Positions 28,745 through 39,465 of a stretch of DNA of 64,000 nucleotides are shown one piece after another. Source of the stretch: a virus. The stretch's first letter is position 1, and each line of letters begins with the position of its first letter. The position numbers and the translations under genes were made by a program. Under the pieces are notes generated by a model. It ran no database searches. It was not told the origin of the DNA and was given only the letters and a program-made list of their open reading frames with translations. Location: positions 32,001 to 96,000 of the IMG/VR virus record IMGVR_UViG_3300028827_000129; one strand, 5' to 3'.

Positions 28745-29161
28745 TTATATGATTTCAATGGGCGTTATAGCTTTAGCAAGACGAATATTGTCTGCTAATG
28801 GCACAGTCTTCACATAAACACCAGTTAACTGAGGGCCTATTGTTTGATATTCCATTGGCACATCTATCCAGTTACGTGCCCAGAAATCTTTAATAATACT
28901 TTGTGCTTCGGTATAGAATACTGGAATCCGCCGTGGAGTTTGTCTCCTAGGAAGAAGACCCTCTACTTTACAAGCTAATAACGCAGTGCCGTACAATGGT
29001 GAATATTTTAAGGGCGAGTCGTATAAGAAGATATATGAGTCACCAGGGGCTTCAGTACGTTCATTAAGTGCATAATAAAGTTGACAACCTTGAGATGTAA
29101 ATATCGAATGATAACCGATAGAATTCCGACAAACATATTTGTAGTAAAGTCTTTCACTCAT
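28745..29161 (-). CDS. Hypothetical protein
   Basis: 138-aa ORF. Confidence 0.55.
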   Translation of the reverse strand: MSERLYYKYVCRNSIGYHSIFTSQGCQLYYALNERTEAPGDSYIFLYDSPLKYSPLYGTALLACKVEGLLPRRQTPRRIPVFYTEAQSIIKDFWARNWIDVPMEYQTIGPQLTGVYVKTVPLADNIRLAKAITPIEII

Positions 29162-29163
29162 TA

Positions 29164-29385
29164 TTAGCCCCGTAACTTCAAACGTGTATCAATAGAAAAC
29201 TCTTGACCTTTTCCAATACCAATGCCAATGCCGCACAATGCATAACAATCCGGGCACATAATAGCCCATAAATCATGATATGTTTTGGCATTATAAAATT
29301 TTGTAAAATCTTCTAATGATCGTTCACATAGTTCACAATTTCCAAGAGGTCCAAGCCACTTACTAGAAGATTTATGTACTTTCAT
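29164..29385 (-). CDS. Small zinc-binding hypothetical protein
   Basis: CELC...WAIMCPDC...GIGIGKGQ. Confidence 0.6.
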   Translation of the reverse strand: MKVHKSSSKWLGPLGNCELCERSLEDFTKFYNAKTYHDLWAIMCPDCYALCGIGIGIGKGQEFSIDTRLKLRG

Positions 29386-29702
29386 TATTGTTTTTCCTTT
29401 ATTTCTTCAACTGCAAACCACACAGCAAACCAGATATTTTCTATTATGAAACTTATATCTTTTCCTGATTCATTTCCTGTAAACATGCAATAAATATAGT
29501 AAATGGCCCAATAAAGGGCCATTATTCGTATCCAGAGCATATCTCTATTCAGATTCAGACGAAGAAGGGAAGCATTTCAAACATTCTTCTTTCCTTGCGC
29601 CAACGGAAAAAATCGCGCAAGTAAAAAACCCAATAATGTAACCAATGCAAACACCAAAAAAGAAAAATTTCATCATCTTAAATAACCTCTTTTCCTCCAA
29701 CA

Positions 29703-30029
29703 TTAAATCTCATTTACTTTAATACCTAAGTTATTGAATATCCATTCTGCAACTAAATGTCTATGACAAAACTTATCAGATCTTTCCCAACATAGAAGAA
29801 CTCTACCTTTCAAATCATTATAGACTTTTTCTGGATCCAACATATCCAGAACTTCTTTATAGTAACGTTCGGTATATATTTGAACATTACCAATTTTTTT
29901 ATATTGGGAAAGAATGCTCCATGTAGGAGCTAATATTTTATAAGATTTTCCTCTAAATCCATATGGTGCTTTCAAAGCAATACTTACACCGTTAGATCCT
30001 TTATATTTTGCAAAGTATGATGTATTCAT
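29703..30029 (-). CDS. DUF488-like protein
   Basis: TSYFAK, LAP.W.IL, LLCWE...FCHRHLVAEW. Confidence 0.8.
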   Translation of the reverse strand: MNTSYFAKYKGSNGVSIALKAPYGFRGKSYKILAPTWSILSQYKKIGNVQIYTERYYKEVLDMLDPEKVYNDLKGRVLLCWERSDKFCHRHLVAEWIFNNLGIKVNEI

Positions 30030-30034
30030 TTTAT

Positions 30035-30589
30035 TTACCTTTCTGTCAAGAATTCCATAATCCAGTTAAAATGTTGTTTAATGCCAAGATTCCATACATC
30101 AATCCCAAGATATTTTGCTACCTTTATTGCAAATCCAGTTCCTCCGGTTTCATGCCCCCATGGAGTCCAGCATATTACCATACTACTTTTTTTGTTTAAA
30201 TCCTTCCCAAGCAATTGGTTTATGTTTCTACTCATAAGGGCATGATACTTTGGATTTGAAAAAATCGCGGGGGGATTAGGATGAAACCGTGAAATCATTT
30301 CATCTGCAAACTCACTTGGAAACTCTGGTACTATATATCCTTTATATACATTAGCTATTCTTTCATTATAACCATTCCATGGCAGATATATTTCTTTTTT
30401 ATTCTCCCCATCTATACATCCTTTTTCAAATGCTGTATCTGCCCCTATAGCTCCTCCTGATCTTAACATTAAACCTTTTTTTGACAATTTGTATCCCAAT
30501 TGATACATCATTTTTAATATTTCCTTTGGAGTTTGTCTTGAACCTATACCAGTATAAGCATTAACACGATCCACAACATTTACCTCCAT
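30035..30589 (-). CDS. SLOG/DprA-like Rossmannoid protein
   Basis: YTGIGSRQTP, LRSGGAIGAD.AFE, RN..Q..G, VICWTP, GGTG.A. Confidence 0.8.
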   Translation of the reverse strand: MEVNVVDRVNAYTGIGSRQTPKEILKMMYQLGYKLSKKGLMLRSGGAIGADTAFEKGCIDGENKKEIYLPWNGYNERIANVYKGYIVPEFPSEFADEMISRFHPNPPAIFSNPKYHALMSRNINQLLGKDLNKKSSMVICWTPWGHETGGTGFAIKVAKYLGIDVWNLGIKQHFNWIMEFLTER

Positions 30590-30773
30590 TTAATTTTCTT
30601 ACTGCAACAGCTTCCTCTTTTGTGGGAGGCTTTCCAAGATCTACAAGTTCTTCAGCGTTTCTCTTTGCTTCTTCCATATCATTAGCATATACAGTGTATG
30701 TATGATCTTCGATAGCGATTGTATCAGCATCGAGAAAAACTTGTTTTCTTATAACAATGTCAAATGCAGGCAT
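30561..30773 (-). CDS. Hypothetical protein
   Basis: 70 aa, AAGGAG RBS. Confidence 0.5.
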   Translation of the reverse strand: MPAFDIVIRKQVFLDADTIAIEDHTYTVYANDMEEAKRNAEELVDLGKPPTKEEAVAVRKLNGGKCCGSC

Positions 30774-30900
30774 AATTTCTCCTTTTATAGAGAAATGTTG
30801 CTATTATAAAAAATCGGGGGGAAAAATATTGAAAAATCAACGATTTTTGAAAAATCGCGGGAAAAGAAATATTTTAGAAGATTTAAAGAGAAATTTTATT

Positions 30901-32160
30901 TCAAAAACCAAAATCTATAACTTTATCATTATTATTTTCTTTTTCACAATAAAATCTTTTTAATTCTTTTGCATCATTAAAAGCTTTCCATGCAATAAAA
31001 TGCAATCTTTTATTAAAACCTTTAAGATATTTATACATATCTTTTGGCATCAATATTTTCTTTTTATCAATCAATCTTCTGAAAACATTATAAATATCTT
31101 TTGTTTTATCAATTGCTTCAGGCTGAAAATATGCAAACTCATCTTCAAAGTAAAACGGTTCTTCAAGTTTTGCTTTACTTCTCACAATTTCGTTATGATA
31201 ATATATAGCAAAACTCGCAATATTCAGCAGAGAGAAAATCGCCATATCAATATTAGCGTTAAAATCGCGCAGAAAATTAAATCTCTCTTCTGTATTCATT
31301 TCTTCAAGCCTTAACATTTCTTCTTGACTTATTCTTTTAATATTTTTTGGCCAAATAAGAAATAAACTTTTATCTTTATTCTCAACAATCAAATTCAAGA
31401 TAAATTTTCTTTCTCTTTCTGTAACAGTCTTAAGTTTCTTAATGAAAATCTCTTTATAATATTCTTTTCTTTCTTCGCAATATATAATATAGTTTTCTAT
31501 TTCTTCTTTGACGTCTCTTGAATACATATAAAGATTCGGATTTGAAAATCGGAAAGTTGGATCTTCATCTTCGCCATAAACATAATGTCTTTCAACAAAT
31601 TCCGCGCAACACATTTCTGTTTTATTCTTATATTTTCTGATATTGTTTATAACAATGTCTTCATCAACATCATTCGGATCATAAAACTCATCAAATATCG
31701 TTTTTGCCATTTCTTCTTCATTGAAGAAATGATTTATAGCCTTTAAAGAATTCTCTTCACATTCGCCTCTGATGCTCTTCTCTTTGACAAATCCCTCATT
31801 TTCAAGTTCTTCAATAGCTTTTCCGTAAATGACAATTTCGCGGGGCGAAAGAGAAATGTTATTCAAAAAGAAAGAGACAAAACCATTTTTATCTCTTCTT
31901 ATAACACATCCCAATTTTTCAGCATAATCCAAAAGTCTTTTACACTCTTCTTCCGTAAACTCTTCATCTTTATATTGTAGTTCATTCACCATTCTTATAT
32001 ACTGTAATCTTTTCGCTTCTCTTGAGTAATAATTTGGTTTAGCAAACGGATGCTCTTCTCCGGTAATTTCTGATATCGTTGCCTGTGGATAAATTCCTTG
32101 CATATCTTCAATCTCAAGATGAAGCTTCTTAGGAGTAATGTCATTCGGTAAAGTGCTCAT
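30901..32160 (-). CDS. Hypothetical Glu/Lys-rich protein
   Basis: 419 aa, GGAGG RBS. Confidence 0.7.
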   Translation of the reverse strand: MSTLPNDITPKKLHLEIEDMQGIYPQATISEITGEEHPFAKPNYYSREAKRLQYIRMVNELQYKDEEFTEEECKRLLDYAEKLGCVIRRDKNGFVSFFLNNISLSPREIVIYGKAIEELENEGFVKEKSIRGECEENSLKAINHFFNEEEMAKTIFDEFYDPNDVDEDIVINNIRKYKNKTEMCCAEFVERHYVYGEDEDPTFRFSNPNLYMYSRDVKEEIENYIIYCEERKEYYKEIFIKKLKTVTERERKFILNLIVENKDKSLFLIWPKNIKRISQEEMLRLEEMNTEERFNFLRDFNANIDMAIFSLLNIASFAIYYHNEIVRSKAKLEEPFYFEDEFAYFQPEAIDKTKDIYNVFRRLIDKKKILMPKDMYKYLKGFNKRLHFIAWKAFNDAKELKRFYCEKENNNDKVIDFGF

Positions 32161-32186
32161 TTTTGCCTCCTTTTTTATCTTAACAT

Positions 32187-32218
32187 AAAAAAAGCCGGCA
32201 ACGCAAAGCGTTGCCGGC
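32187..32218 (-). terminator. Rho-independent terminator
   Basis: GCCGGCAACGC hairpin followed by U-run on the minus strand. Confidence 0.75.
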
Positions 32219-32257
32219 CAAAGCCGAAGAAGGGAGAATATGTTTTAGTTTGCGTCA

Positions 32258-32821
32258 TTAAGACGCCAGCGGGAGAGAGCGGACCGTCAGTCCCATTGTG
32301 TACCACGTGTTCCGTCCGCCGTTCTTGTGCCTGATGAGGAATGCCTGAGCATCTTCCGGAATGTCAGGAGATGTCTTTGCATTGTTCTTGATGAAGTCTT
32401 TCGTGATATCAACGATTTCGCCATCGTGGTTCCTCTGAACCTTCCAGAGGCTGTATGCCCTGCTGTAGAGATTCTCGCCCGAAGCATCGACGAACGGAAG
32501 TGCCTGCTTGGGAATCCTTGCGCGGCCCTCTGCATCGGAAAGCACACGCAACAGCTTTTCCGTCTCATCCTTCACAGCCTGACTGAAGGACAGCGGGATG
32601 CGCTGCGTCTGAATCTCTCGCACATCGTCGAAGGGAAAGTCCTTCGTGAAGAAATTGCCTTCGTTGTCGATGATCTGCAGCTTTGCGATCTTTTCGTCAT
32701 CGTTTGTGGCGAGCAAAAGCCCGAACTCGCCGTCTTTGGTGACGCAGATCTTCTTCTTGGGAGTCTCTTCTTCTGTGATTTCTTCGACCTGCAGATTGAA
32801 AAGGTTGAGTCCGTGACGCAT
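32258..32821 (-). CDS. Hypothetical protein with GC-biased codons
   Basis: 187 aa, AGGAG RBS. Confidence 0.7.
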   Translation of the reverse strand: MRHGLNLFNLQVEEITEEETPKKKICVTKDGEFGLLLATNDDEKIAKLQIIDNEGNFFTKDFPFDDVREIQTQRIPLSFSQAVKDETEKLLRVLSDAEGRARIPKQALPFVDASGENLYSRAYSLWKVQRNHDGEIVDITKDFIKNNAKTSPDIPEDAQAFLIRHKNGGRNTWYTMGLTVRSLPLAS

Positions 32822-33093
32822 TTTAACGTCTCCTTTCTGAGAAAGAAATTATACTCTCAAAGAGAGCACTCAAAGATTTATAAGGCGCGAAGCGCCTAGC
32901 CTCTTGTTCGCCTTTTAAAGCCTCATTTTCTCCTTTCCCATACCTCATATTGGCCTTTTTTGCCGGGGAAAGAAATCTTGAATCCTGTTTTCATAAAAGG
33001 CTTACCCATCTTCTTTTCTCTCGCAATAAGAGACTTTTTCATCTTATGTAACTCTCTTAATAATTTCTTTTCAAGATTCATTGTTATCTCCTT

Positions 33094-33576
33094 TCAAAAT
33101 AAGTTTATTTGAATATTTTCTTTCTCTTTAAGTTCTTTTCTTACTTTCATAAGAATTTTACCCAAATAATTATACTTTTTCTTATTAATACATTTACTAC
33201 AAAGACAAGCGCCCCAATAATTATCGTGCCAATAATTACCTCCTATCAGAAGGTTTTCGCCTGTCATTAAAAGGTCTCTCTTGAGTGCTTTATGATTTAT
33301 TACTGATTTTGAAGTAAATTTTAACCGTACTAACTCCGTCATAATGCGGAGTTTATTTGCATTAAAGTCTTCTCTCATAATTACATATCGCCCGCGTTTT
33401 TTAGCCATTGCAGGCGTAACACAGCGCCGAATCTCACGCTTTTCTTTTTCATGCTTACACTTCATTGCCTGGTAAGCATGCTCTACAGTCTGCCATACAA
33501 GACCGTCATATATCAATCCTTTGCATTCAGCAAAGTTTGAGAGAAAGAAATATTTGCCTCTGAAAAAGCGTATCAT
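33094..33576 (-). CDS. NADAR (YbiA-like) family protein
   Basis: FLSNF, TVEHAYQAMK, AKKRGR, KF, LLMTG, WHDNYWG, LGKILMKVR. Confidence 0.9.
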   Translation of the reverse strand: MIRFFRGKYFFLSNFAECKGLIYDGLVWQTVEHAYQAMKCKHEKEKREIRRCVTPAMAKKRGRYVIMREDFNANKLRIMTELVRLKFTSKSVINHKALKRDLLMTGENLLIGGNYWHDNYWGACLCSKCINKKKYNYLGKILMKVRKELKEKENIQINLF

Positions 33577-33592
33577 AAAGACCTCCTTCGAA

Positions 33593-33754
33593 TTTTCGGC
33601 TTTTTTTGAAAAAAACTTACACTATCCTGTAAGGAGTGAGTGAATGAAATTTTCTAGCATTGAAGTCAAGAACGTTTTAAGAAACTTCGGTTCTTAAAAC
33701 GCAAAGACGGAAATGCAAAAGAAAATTTCATTCACGGCATTCATTAAATTACAG
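33593..33754 (+). ncRNA. Promoter-like motif plus ~125-nt rod-like hairpin (copy A)
   Basis: TTCGGC-N17-TACACT, then GTGAATGAAATTTTCT/AGAAAATTTCATTCAC stem capped by C(UUCG)G. Confidence 0.55.
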
Positions 33755-33879
33755 TTTCCAGTTTACCATTTTCCAGTGTACCTCCTTCCTTTTTACCTCT
33801 TACCAAGCAAAGATAAAACAAAGAGGCCTTATATTAGCCTGATGTTATGCCGCGGAGTTACTTATTCGAAAGCCTTATG

Positions 33880-34215
33880 TTATGCAGATGAGCCGGGCTT
33901 AGAAAAAGAGTTGCGGAGTAAGAAAAGAAAAACCGTCCAGAAAGCAATCTCGTAAGCAGCAAAATAAACAAGTGCCCACAAGATGCCCGCAAAGCCATGA
34001 AGAACATATACAAGCGTAAACATCGCAAGAATCATCACTGACACAATAATAGTGTCAGGACGATCGTACCTAAAAAAGTTCTTTAACAACATCCACACAC
34101 CCTCCATCACAGCACAGAGCTTATCCTTCAAATACTTAAAGAAGCTCTTGCGCCTAAAAACACCATCCTTCTCCTCAAGCTCAATAACAACCAACTTCTT
34201 TCTTCTCTTACACAT
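33880..34215 (-). CDS. Membrane protein
   Basis: Two hydrophobic segments, GGAGG RBS. Confidence 0.6.
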   Translation of the reverse strand: MCKRRKKLVVIELEEKDGVFRRKSFFKYLKDKLCAVMEGVWMLLKNFFRYDRPDTIIVSVMILAMFTLVYVLHGFAGILWALVYFAAYEIAFWTVFLFLLRNSFSKPGSSA

Positions 34216-34308
34216 GTTAGTTACCTCCTTTAAAGAGATGTACTACCCAATACGAGTAGAAGACAAAGAAGTATATTACACCAATAGCAAGGTACTGAAG
34301 AAAAGCTT

Positions 34309-34542
34309 TCATTGTTTTTTCTCCTTTCTTTTAAGATATTCCTTAGCTACACCACTTAAAGGGTCTTTTTTATCCCGCGCAATTTTTCTAATGCACGGAA
34401 CAAGATCTCGTAAACGATGCATTCTCCCATCATCCGGTACACAACGAATCAAAAGATAATACTTCTCATAGCCGGTCAACTTATAGTCGGCTTCTGCAAC
34501 GCCGACTAACAACAACACAACCAAAAAAGCGCGCCAAAACAT
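34309..34542 (-). CDS. Putative secreted small protein
   Basis: Signal peptide ending AEA. Confidence 0.55.
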   Translation of the reverse strand: MFWRAFLVVLLLVGVAEADYKLTGYEKYYLLIRCVPDDGRMHRLRDLVPCIRKIARDKKDPLSGVAKEYLKRKEKKQ

Positions 34543-34543
34543 A

Positions 34544-34771
34544 CTAAACCTCCTTAATCCTAACGGTCAAACCGTTATAGCAATTATGGTACTTTACATA
34601 AGTACCATTACGACTCCTTTTAAACAAAGAAAGTACAGAAATTAACCCATTCTTAATGGGTATATCAAAACCAAACAACCTCCTACAATAATCATCTAAA
34701 CATCCCTCCAGTGTTGGATAATAAACATCCAACACTTTCTTCTTGCCAAGATAATAAGTAACCTTGAACAT
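34544..34771 (-). CDS. Hypothetical protein
   Basis: 75 aa, tightly packed. Confidence 0.55.
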   Translation of the reverse strand: MFKVTYYLGKKKVLDVYYPTLEGCLDDYCRRLFGFDIPIKNGLISVLSLFKRSRNGTYVKYHNCYNGLTVRIKEV

Positions 34772-34772
34772 A

Positions 34773-35453
34773 CTAAATATCCTTCAAAATATCATAAGAA
34801 ACGCGCAAATGCCAATTACAAAACAAGCACTGCGTGATATAACTACCTCCATATTCTTTCTCATCCAAATTACCAAACACAGACTCACCGCAATTAGGGC
34901 AAAGTCCATCATCCGGCACACGAGGCATCAAATCATTTTCGGCACAAAACCGTTTTTGTGCCAAAACCTTTCTCTTCAAATCACCAAACATCTCCTCAAA
35001 TACCTCCAAAGAAATAACTCTCCTACCCATAATACACAAACAGTTCTTCAATGGCTCAGTGTAAGCATACATACACCTTCCCCAAGCCCAAAAGAACTGC
35101 TTATATCCCTTCAAAGCCGGGGCATAAAACTTCATCATAGTAGCCTCTTCTACATCCTTCGCAGGAATAATCATCTTAGAGGGCCAAAAATAAAGCCCAA
35201 AAGGCAACCTCTTAACAGGATATACTCCCTGCTTTATCCGCGCATACACACTATCTAACTTTGCTCTCATATCAGGTGCCACAAGAGCAAACTGCACAAG
35301 TTCATAATCACTATGCTTTCTCAGAAAATTCGATATGGAACCCCAAGAACCATATCTACCTTTCTGAGTAAAATAAAAAGGGTTACAACCCAAAGGGTAC
35401 TGTAACCCAATCGTCTCATTTTCCTTACTATACAACATAAACCGATAAGCCAT
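34773..35453 (-). CDS. Hypothetical protein with C-terminal zinc ribbon
   Basis: PDDGLCPNCG...ITQCLFCN. Confidence 0.65.
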   Translation of the reverse strand: MAYRFMLYSKENETIGLQYPLGCNPFYFTQKGRYGSWGSISNFLRKHSDYELVQFALVAPDMRAKLDSVYARIKQGVYPVKRLPFGLYFWPSKMIIPAKDVEEATMMKFYAPALKGYKQFFWAWGRCMYAYTEPLKNCLCIMGRRVISLEVFEEMFGDLKRKVLAQKRFCAENDLMPRVPDDGLCPNCGESVFGNLDEKEYGGSYITQCLFCNWHLRVSYDILKDI

Positions 35454-35464
35454 AACAAACCTCC

Positions 35465-35731
35465 TTAACGTCCGTTAAAAGGCGCGCGGTGATAAATTAT
35501 CACAATCTTACGCACAATAGGGCATATCTTCTCATAAACAAAATCATCTACCAAAGAAACAGAAGGCAAAATAACCTCCTCTATATCTTCTCTTTCCATT
35601 ATCTCAGCTATAGAACTAACTCCATAACCAAGACAAAAAGACAAATACATCCTCATAGCACTCTCTTTATCGCGATACACCAACCGCGACTCAACATTAT
35701 AGTCAAAATCACAAACATCAAAGATCCACAT
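35465..35731 (-). CDS. Hypothetical protein
   Basis: 88 aa, GGAGG RBS. Confidence 0.55.
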   Translation of the reverse strand: MWIFDVCDFDYNVESRLVYRDKESAMRMYLSFCLGYGVSSIAEIMEREDIEEVILPSVSLVDDFVYEKICPIVRKIVIIYHRAPFNGR

Positions 35732-35924
35732 AACTCAACCTCCATAAAAAGGTAGTTCCTGCACGGGAGAACTATAAGAATAATAAGGGATACGTAGAGT
35801 TTTAGCAAGGCGCTTGAGATCCCTTTCAGTCTTCCCGTTTTTTATCTGGCGTAAACCGTGCCGATTATGGTGTCTCCTGCGAATATTAGTTTTACTTGAA
35901 CTACGAGCCATCTCAAATTCCTCC

Positions 35925-36033
35925 TTAAACGATTCTTAGAGCCTCTTAGAGGCTATTTAACCTTAAAGCAGTATATTGGTATTACTTATACCCTTAATAC
36001 GCTTATACGGTCTCTAAAGTACCTTAAAAGAGA
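35925..36033. repeat. Dispersed two-armed element, copy 2
   Basis: AAACGATTCTTAGAGCCTCTTAGAGGC...GGTCTCTAAAGTACC, intergenic. Confidence 0.5.
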
Positions 36034-36235
36034 TTTACTTCTTTTCGTACTTTTCCTTCAGACGCTGCCTTGCCTTGGCGTTGTTGACTCCCTCTTTGAA
36101 GCCTTCCACAATATCCCTCTTCAGGGCATTGTAGAAGTCTTTGCCAATAGACATGCCAATGGCAAAAACAATCCCATAAATAACAATGTGTACCATGTTT
36201 TACCTCCTTTTTAACAAAAAGTTATTGATTTTACG

Positions 36236-36592
36236 TTACTTTTTCCAAAAAATAACGTATTTCTTTAACTTTTCTTGCCTTTTTCTCTTCATTGCTTCGA
36301 TATTACGGTTAATGTAACGGCAAAGAAGAGATGAGAACACAAAAGCATAAAACATGTTCTCAACACCTACCGTTTCTGCCAATCCCTTAAAGAGCCCAAA
36401 ATAATGCTCAATAAGATAGGCAAGGAATGTGATTCCTGTAGCCTGGACAATATCCTTAGCATGTAAAATTTGCCTCGGATATGTCACTTTGTGCAGATTG
36501 CCTGCGAGAATCCAACCAAGGACCTTATCCCAATTTGTGATAAAGATCCCGGCACGGATGCCCCATGCTGTACCGTTGAACCACTTTTTCAT
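36236..36592 (-). CDS. Membrane protein
   Basis: Hydrophobic segments, GGAGG RBS. Confidence 0.6.
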   Translation of the reverse strand: MKKWFNGTAWGIRAGIFITNWDKVLGWILAGNLHKVTYPRQILHAKDIVQATGITFLAYLIEHYFGLFKGLAETVGVENMFYAFVFSSLLCRYINRNIEAMKRKRQEKLKKYVIFWKK

Positions 36593-36688
36593 TTCTTACC
36601 TCCTTTACGCGGCCTATCGGAATCGATTATCCCATAGATAATCGCTTTGAGCATCACGAAGAAGACAATGATCGGAACACCACAGATC

Positions 36689-36994
36689 TCAAGCATGCTT
36701 CGACTCCCTCATGAGCTTTTTTGCCTGGTTTTTCATCCAGGTTCGCACGATAATGCCGGCCAACCTCGTCTTATGGACGGCAAGGGAAAGGATTACACTT
36801 CCCATAGCGCCCATAAGCACCAGCTGTCCGGTTGCACCGAACAGCGTGGCAAGGACGAAGTTGATCAGCACCGACGAGACGATGGACGCCCAAGGGTTTC
36901 TGAGCGTCAAGTCCCGATAAAGCGCAAATTTGTACATGAGCTTGAGCTCAATGTACGTCCCGGCAATGGCCAACAATGCAGCAGCGATAAGCAT
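36689..36994 (-). CDS. Membrane protein
   Basis: Three hydrophobic segments. Confidence 0.6.
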   Translation of the reverse strand: MLIAAALLAIAGTYIELKLMYKFALYRDLTLRNPWASIVSSVLINFVLATLFGATGQLVLMGAMGSVILSLAVHKTRLAGIIVRTWMKNQAKKLMRESKHA

Positions 36995-37379
36995 ATCACT
37001 TACCTCCTTTCACACCAATTTTCTCACGAATGTGAGATTCATAGCACTTTACGCAGAATACGTACTGACAGTACACATATCTGCCTTCATCATCCACAAT
37101 TACTTTTCCGCAGTAATTGCACTTTTCTCCGCCACTGCGGATGCCTTCTTCAACGATAAACGAAGACATACATTCCCTCCTTTCAAGCACGTGGAGCCTC
37201 TCCGCGAAGGAGCAAATGACTCTTCTTTTTGAAGCAATCATCACAGATGACAAAGTCACCGTAATGCCACCTCGACTCTTCCGTCAAGATATCCTTGTTA
37301 CAAAAGGGACACTTAACCTTAACCATGCTACCTCCTTTGATTATTAATTACGATATAGCTAGCTGCTACATCACTTTGC

Positions 37380-37855
37380 TTACTCACCAGTAAGCTTGTA
37401 GAGCTTGAGCTTCAAGGCCGCAAGCTTGCTCGCCAAAACGAGATGTTGGGCCTTTTCTGTGCAGCTACAAAGCTCTTCAGAGACCTTTTCGATCTCTTTC
37501 TTTATTCTCTTTATACGCTTCTCCCTAATCTTATCAACGACTTCGTTGATAGGACCAGTAGAACACGTCTTATTGCACACGTCTGAGAGCTTCTCAGAGG
37601 CTTTCTGAGCCACTTTCTTCGTAGACTCGACTGTAACCTCCTTGATTGTCTCAGAAACGTCTCTCACGTCCTCTAAGGGCTTCTGAGAGGATTCCTTTAC
37701 TTTGGACACAATGTCATGTGCCTTCTTCTTGGCTTTCTTGTAGAAATCCGTCATAGCGATTTCTTCGAAAACCGTTTTGCTCTTATCAGTAAAGAGCACA
37801 CACCTCTTGTGCTTTTTCTTGGTAGGTACCATAGCACGTTCCTCCTTTCTGGCCA

Positions 37856-37856
<1 letters not shown>
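37380..37856 (-). CDS. Basic helical hypothetical protein
   Basis: 158 aa, Lys-rich. Confidence 0.6.
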
Positions 37857-38320
<464 letters not shown>

Positions 38321-38484
38321 CCTCCTTTTCTCTCTTAATTCTGCGCACCATCACATACGCAAAGTGTCTCTTCACGTATGAGGTATGCCACGAGCAAAGT
38401 GGCTGACGGTGTTTGCCGACAATAAAGTCGGCTTTTTCTTTGCACCCAAGATAGATGCACTTCATAGTTTTTTATACCTCCTTA

Positions 38485-39051
38485 TTAGTTTTTGAGGCCG
38501 GCAATGACCAACCTCTTAAGCCTTTCGACTTCCTCCGCAACAATCTCAATTTCGTAGGTCGTCATAAAGGCCGTAAGTGTCACACGATACAACATCTCGT
38601 CCAACGGTTTGACTTCAATAGAAGTCAAATGCTGAACAGGAATCATAATCGTTCGACACTTATTGATAATCTCAAGAACGAAGCCGTCAATAAGGCCAAA
38701 TGTCGTTTCTTCCTTGAAAAGAAGAGCAATATTCTTCTTCTCTTCTCTTTCTTTTTTCTTGGCCTTCTTTCGGACTTCTTTTTCCACCTCCCTCAAAAGA
38801 GAGATCCACTTCTGGGAGATGTTGTAATAGCCGAGGAAGTTCCCGTACTTGTCCTTTTTCGGGATAAAAAATCCCTGCTTCCCGCAATAAGGACACTTCG
38901 GGACCTCCACTGCCGTCCCATCCTTTGAGACGATCACTTCTCGGTCTTCCCAATTGGCATTGTGGAGGGAAACCTTTTTGCCGCAACCAACCGCATGCGG
39001 CATGACCTTAGATTTTCTGTAACAATACTTAGTCACAGAGTAAACGTTCAT
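38485..39051 (-). CDS. Hypothetical protein with zinc-binding motif
   Basis: C...GCG...CPYCG. Confidence 0.65.
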   Translation of the reverse strand: MNVYSVTKYCYRKSKVMPHAVGCGKKVSLHNANWEDREVIVSKDGTAVEVPKCPYCGKQGFFIPKKDKYGNFLGYYNISQKWISLLREVEKEVRKKAKKKEREEKKNIALLFKEETTFGLIDGFVLEIINKCRTIMIPVQHLTSIEVKPLDEMLYRVTLTAFMTTYEIEIVAEEVERLKRLVIAGLKN

Positions 39052-39071
39052 CTCTACCTCCTTTATTTAAA

Positions 39072-39098
39072 AGTGCCCCAGGGGATAAACCCCTGGGG
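39072..39098 (-). terminator. GC-rich hairpin (terminator or processing site), twin of 39410-39436
   Basis: GCCCCAGGGG-ATAAA-CCCCTGGGGC followed by ACTTTT. Confidence 0.55.
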
Positions 39099-39110
39099 CT
39101 AAGATTTAGC

Positions 39111-39380
39111 TTACTTACGACTCACGTAATCGTCGTAGAGATTCTTGATCTCTTCGTCGATCCCCATAATATTGACGTCCTTGTACTTGTCACGAAGCTT
39201 GACAAGCTTCTCGAACGTCGCACGGGCCTTTTTGGAGGCGTTTACCATTTTCTTGGCACGACGTCTGCCACAGACGTCGTTCTTCGCCTCCTCCATCTTT
39301 GTCTTGATTTTGACCAGGGTGTTCCTGGTACGAAGTAAAGCGTCCTTTCCTTTGCTGAGGATGTTCTTCAGTCTGCTCAT
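39111..39380 (-). CDS. Basic hypothetical protein
   Basis: 89 aa, GGAGG RBS. Confidence 0.65.
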   Translation of the reverse strand: MSRLKNILSKGKDALLRTRNTLVKIKTKMEEAKNDVCGRRRAKKMVNASKKARATFEKLVKLRDKYKDVNIMGIDEEIKNLYDDYVSRK

Positions 39381-39409
39381 AACAGTACCTCCTTAAGTGG
39401 GTTAAAAGA

Positions 39410-39436
39410 GTGCCCCAGGGATAATTCCCTGGGGCG
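39410..39436 (-). terminator. GC-rich hairpin, twin of 39072-39098
   Basis: GCCCCAGGGA-TAAT-TCCCTGGGGC. Confidence 0.55.
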
Positions 39437-39465
39437 TTAGGACTTTAGGTGAATACCTCTAAGGA

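Noticed and set aside
12981-28758. ORFs 12981-13301, 22402-22686, 28567-28758 and the N-terminal extension of 22521-23072
   Set aside because: They overlap tRNA or tRNA-like genes
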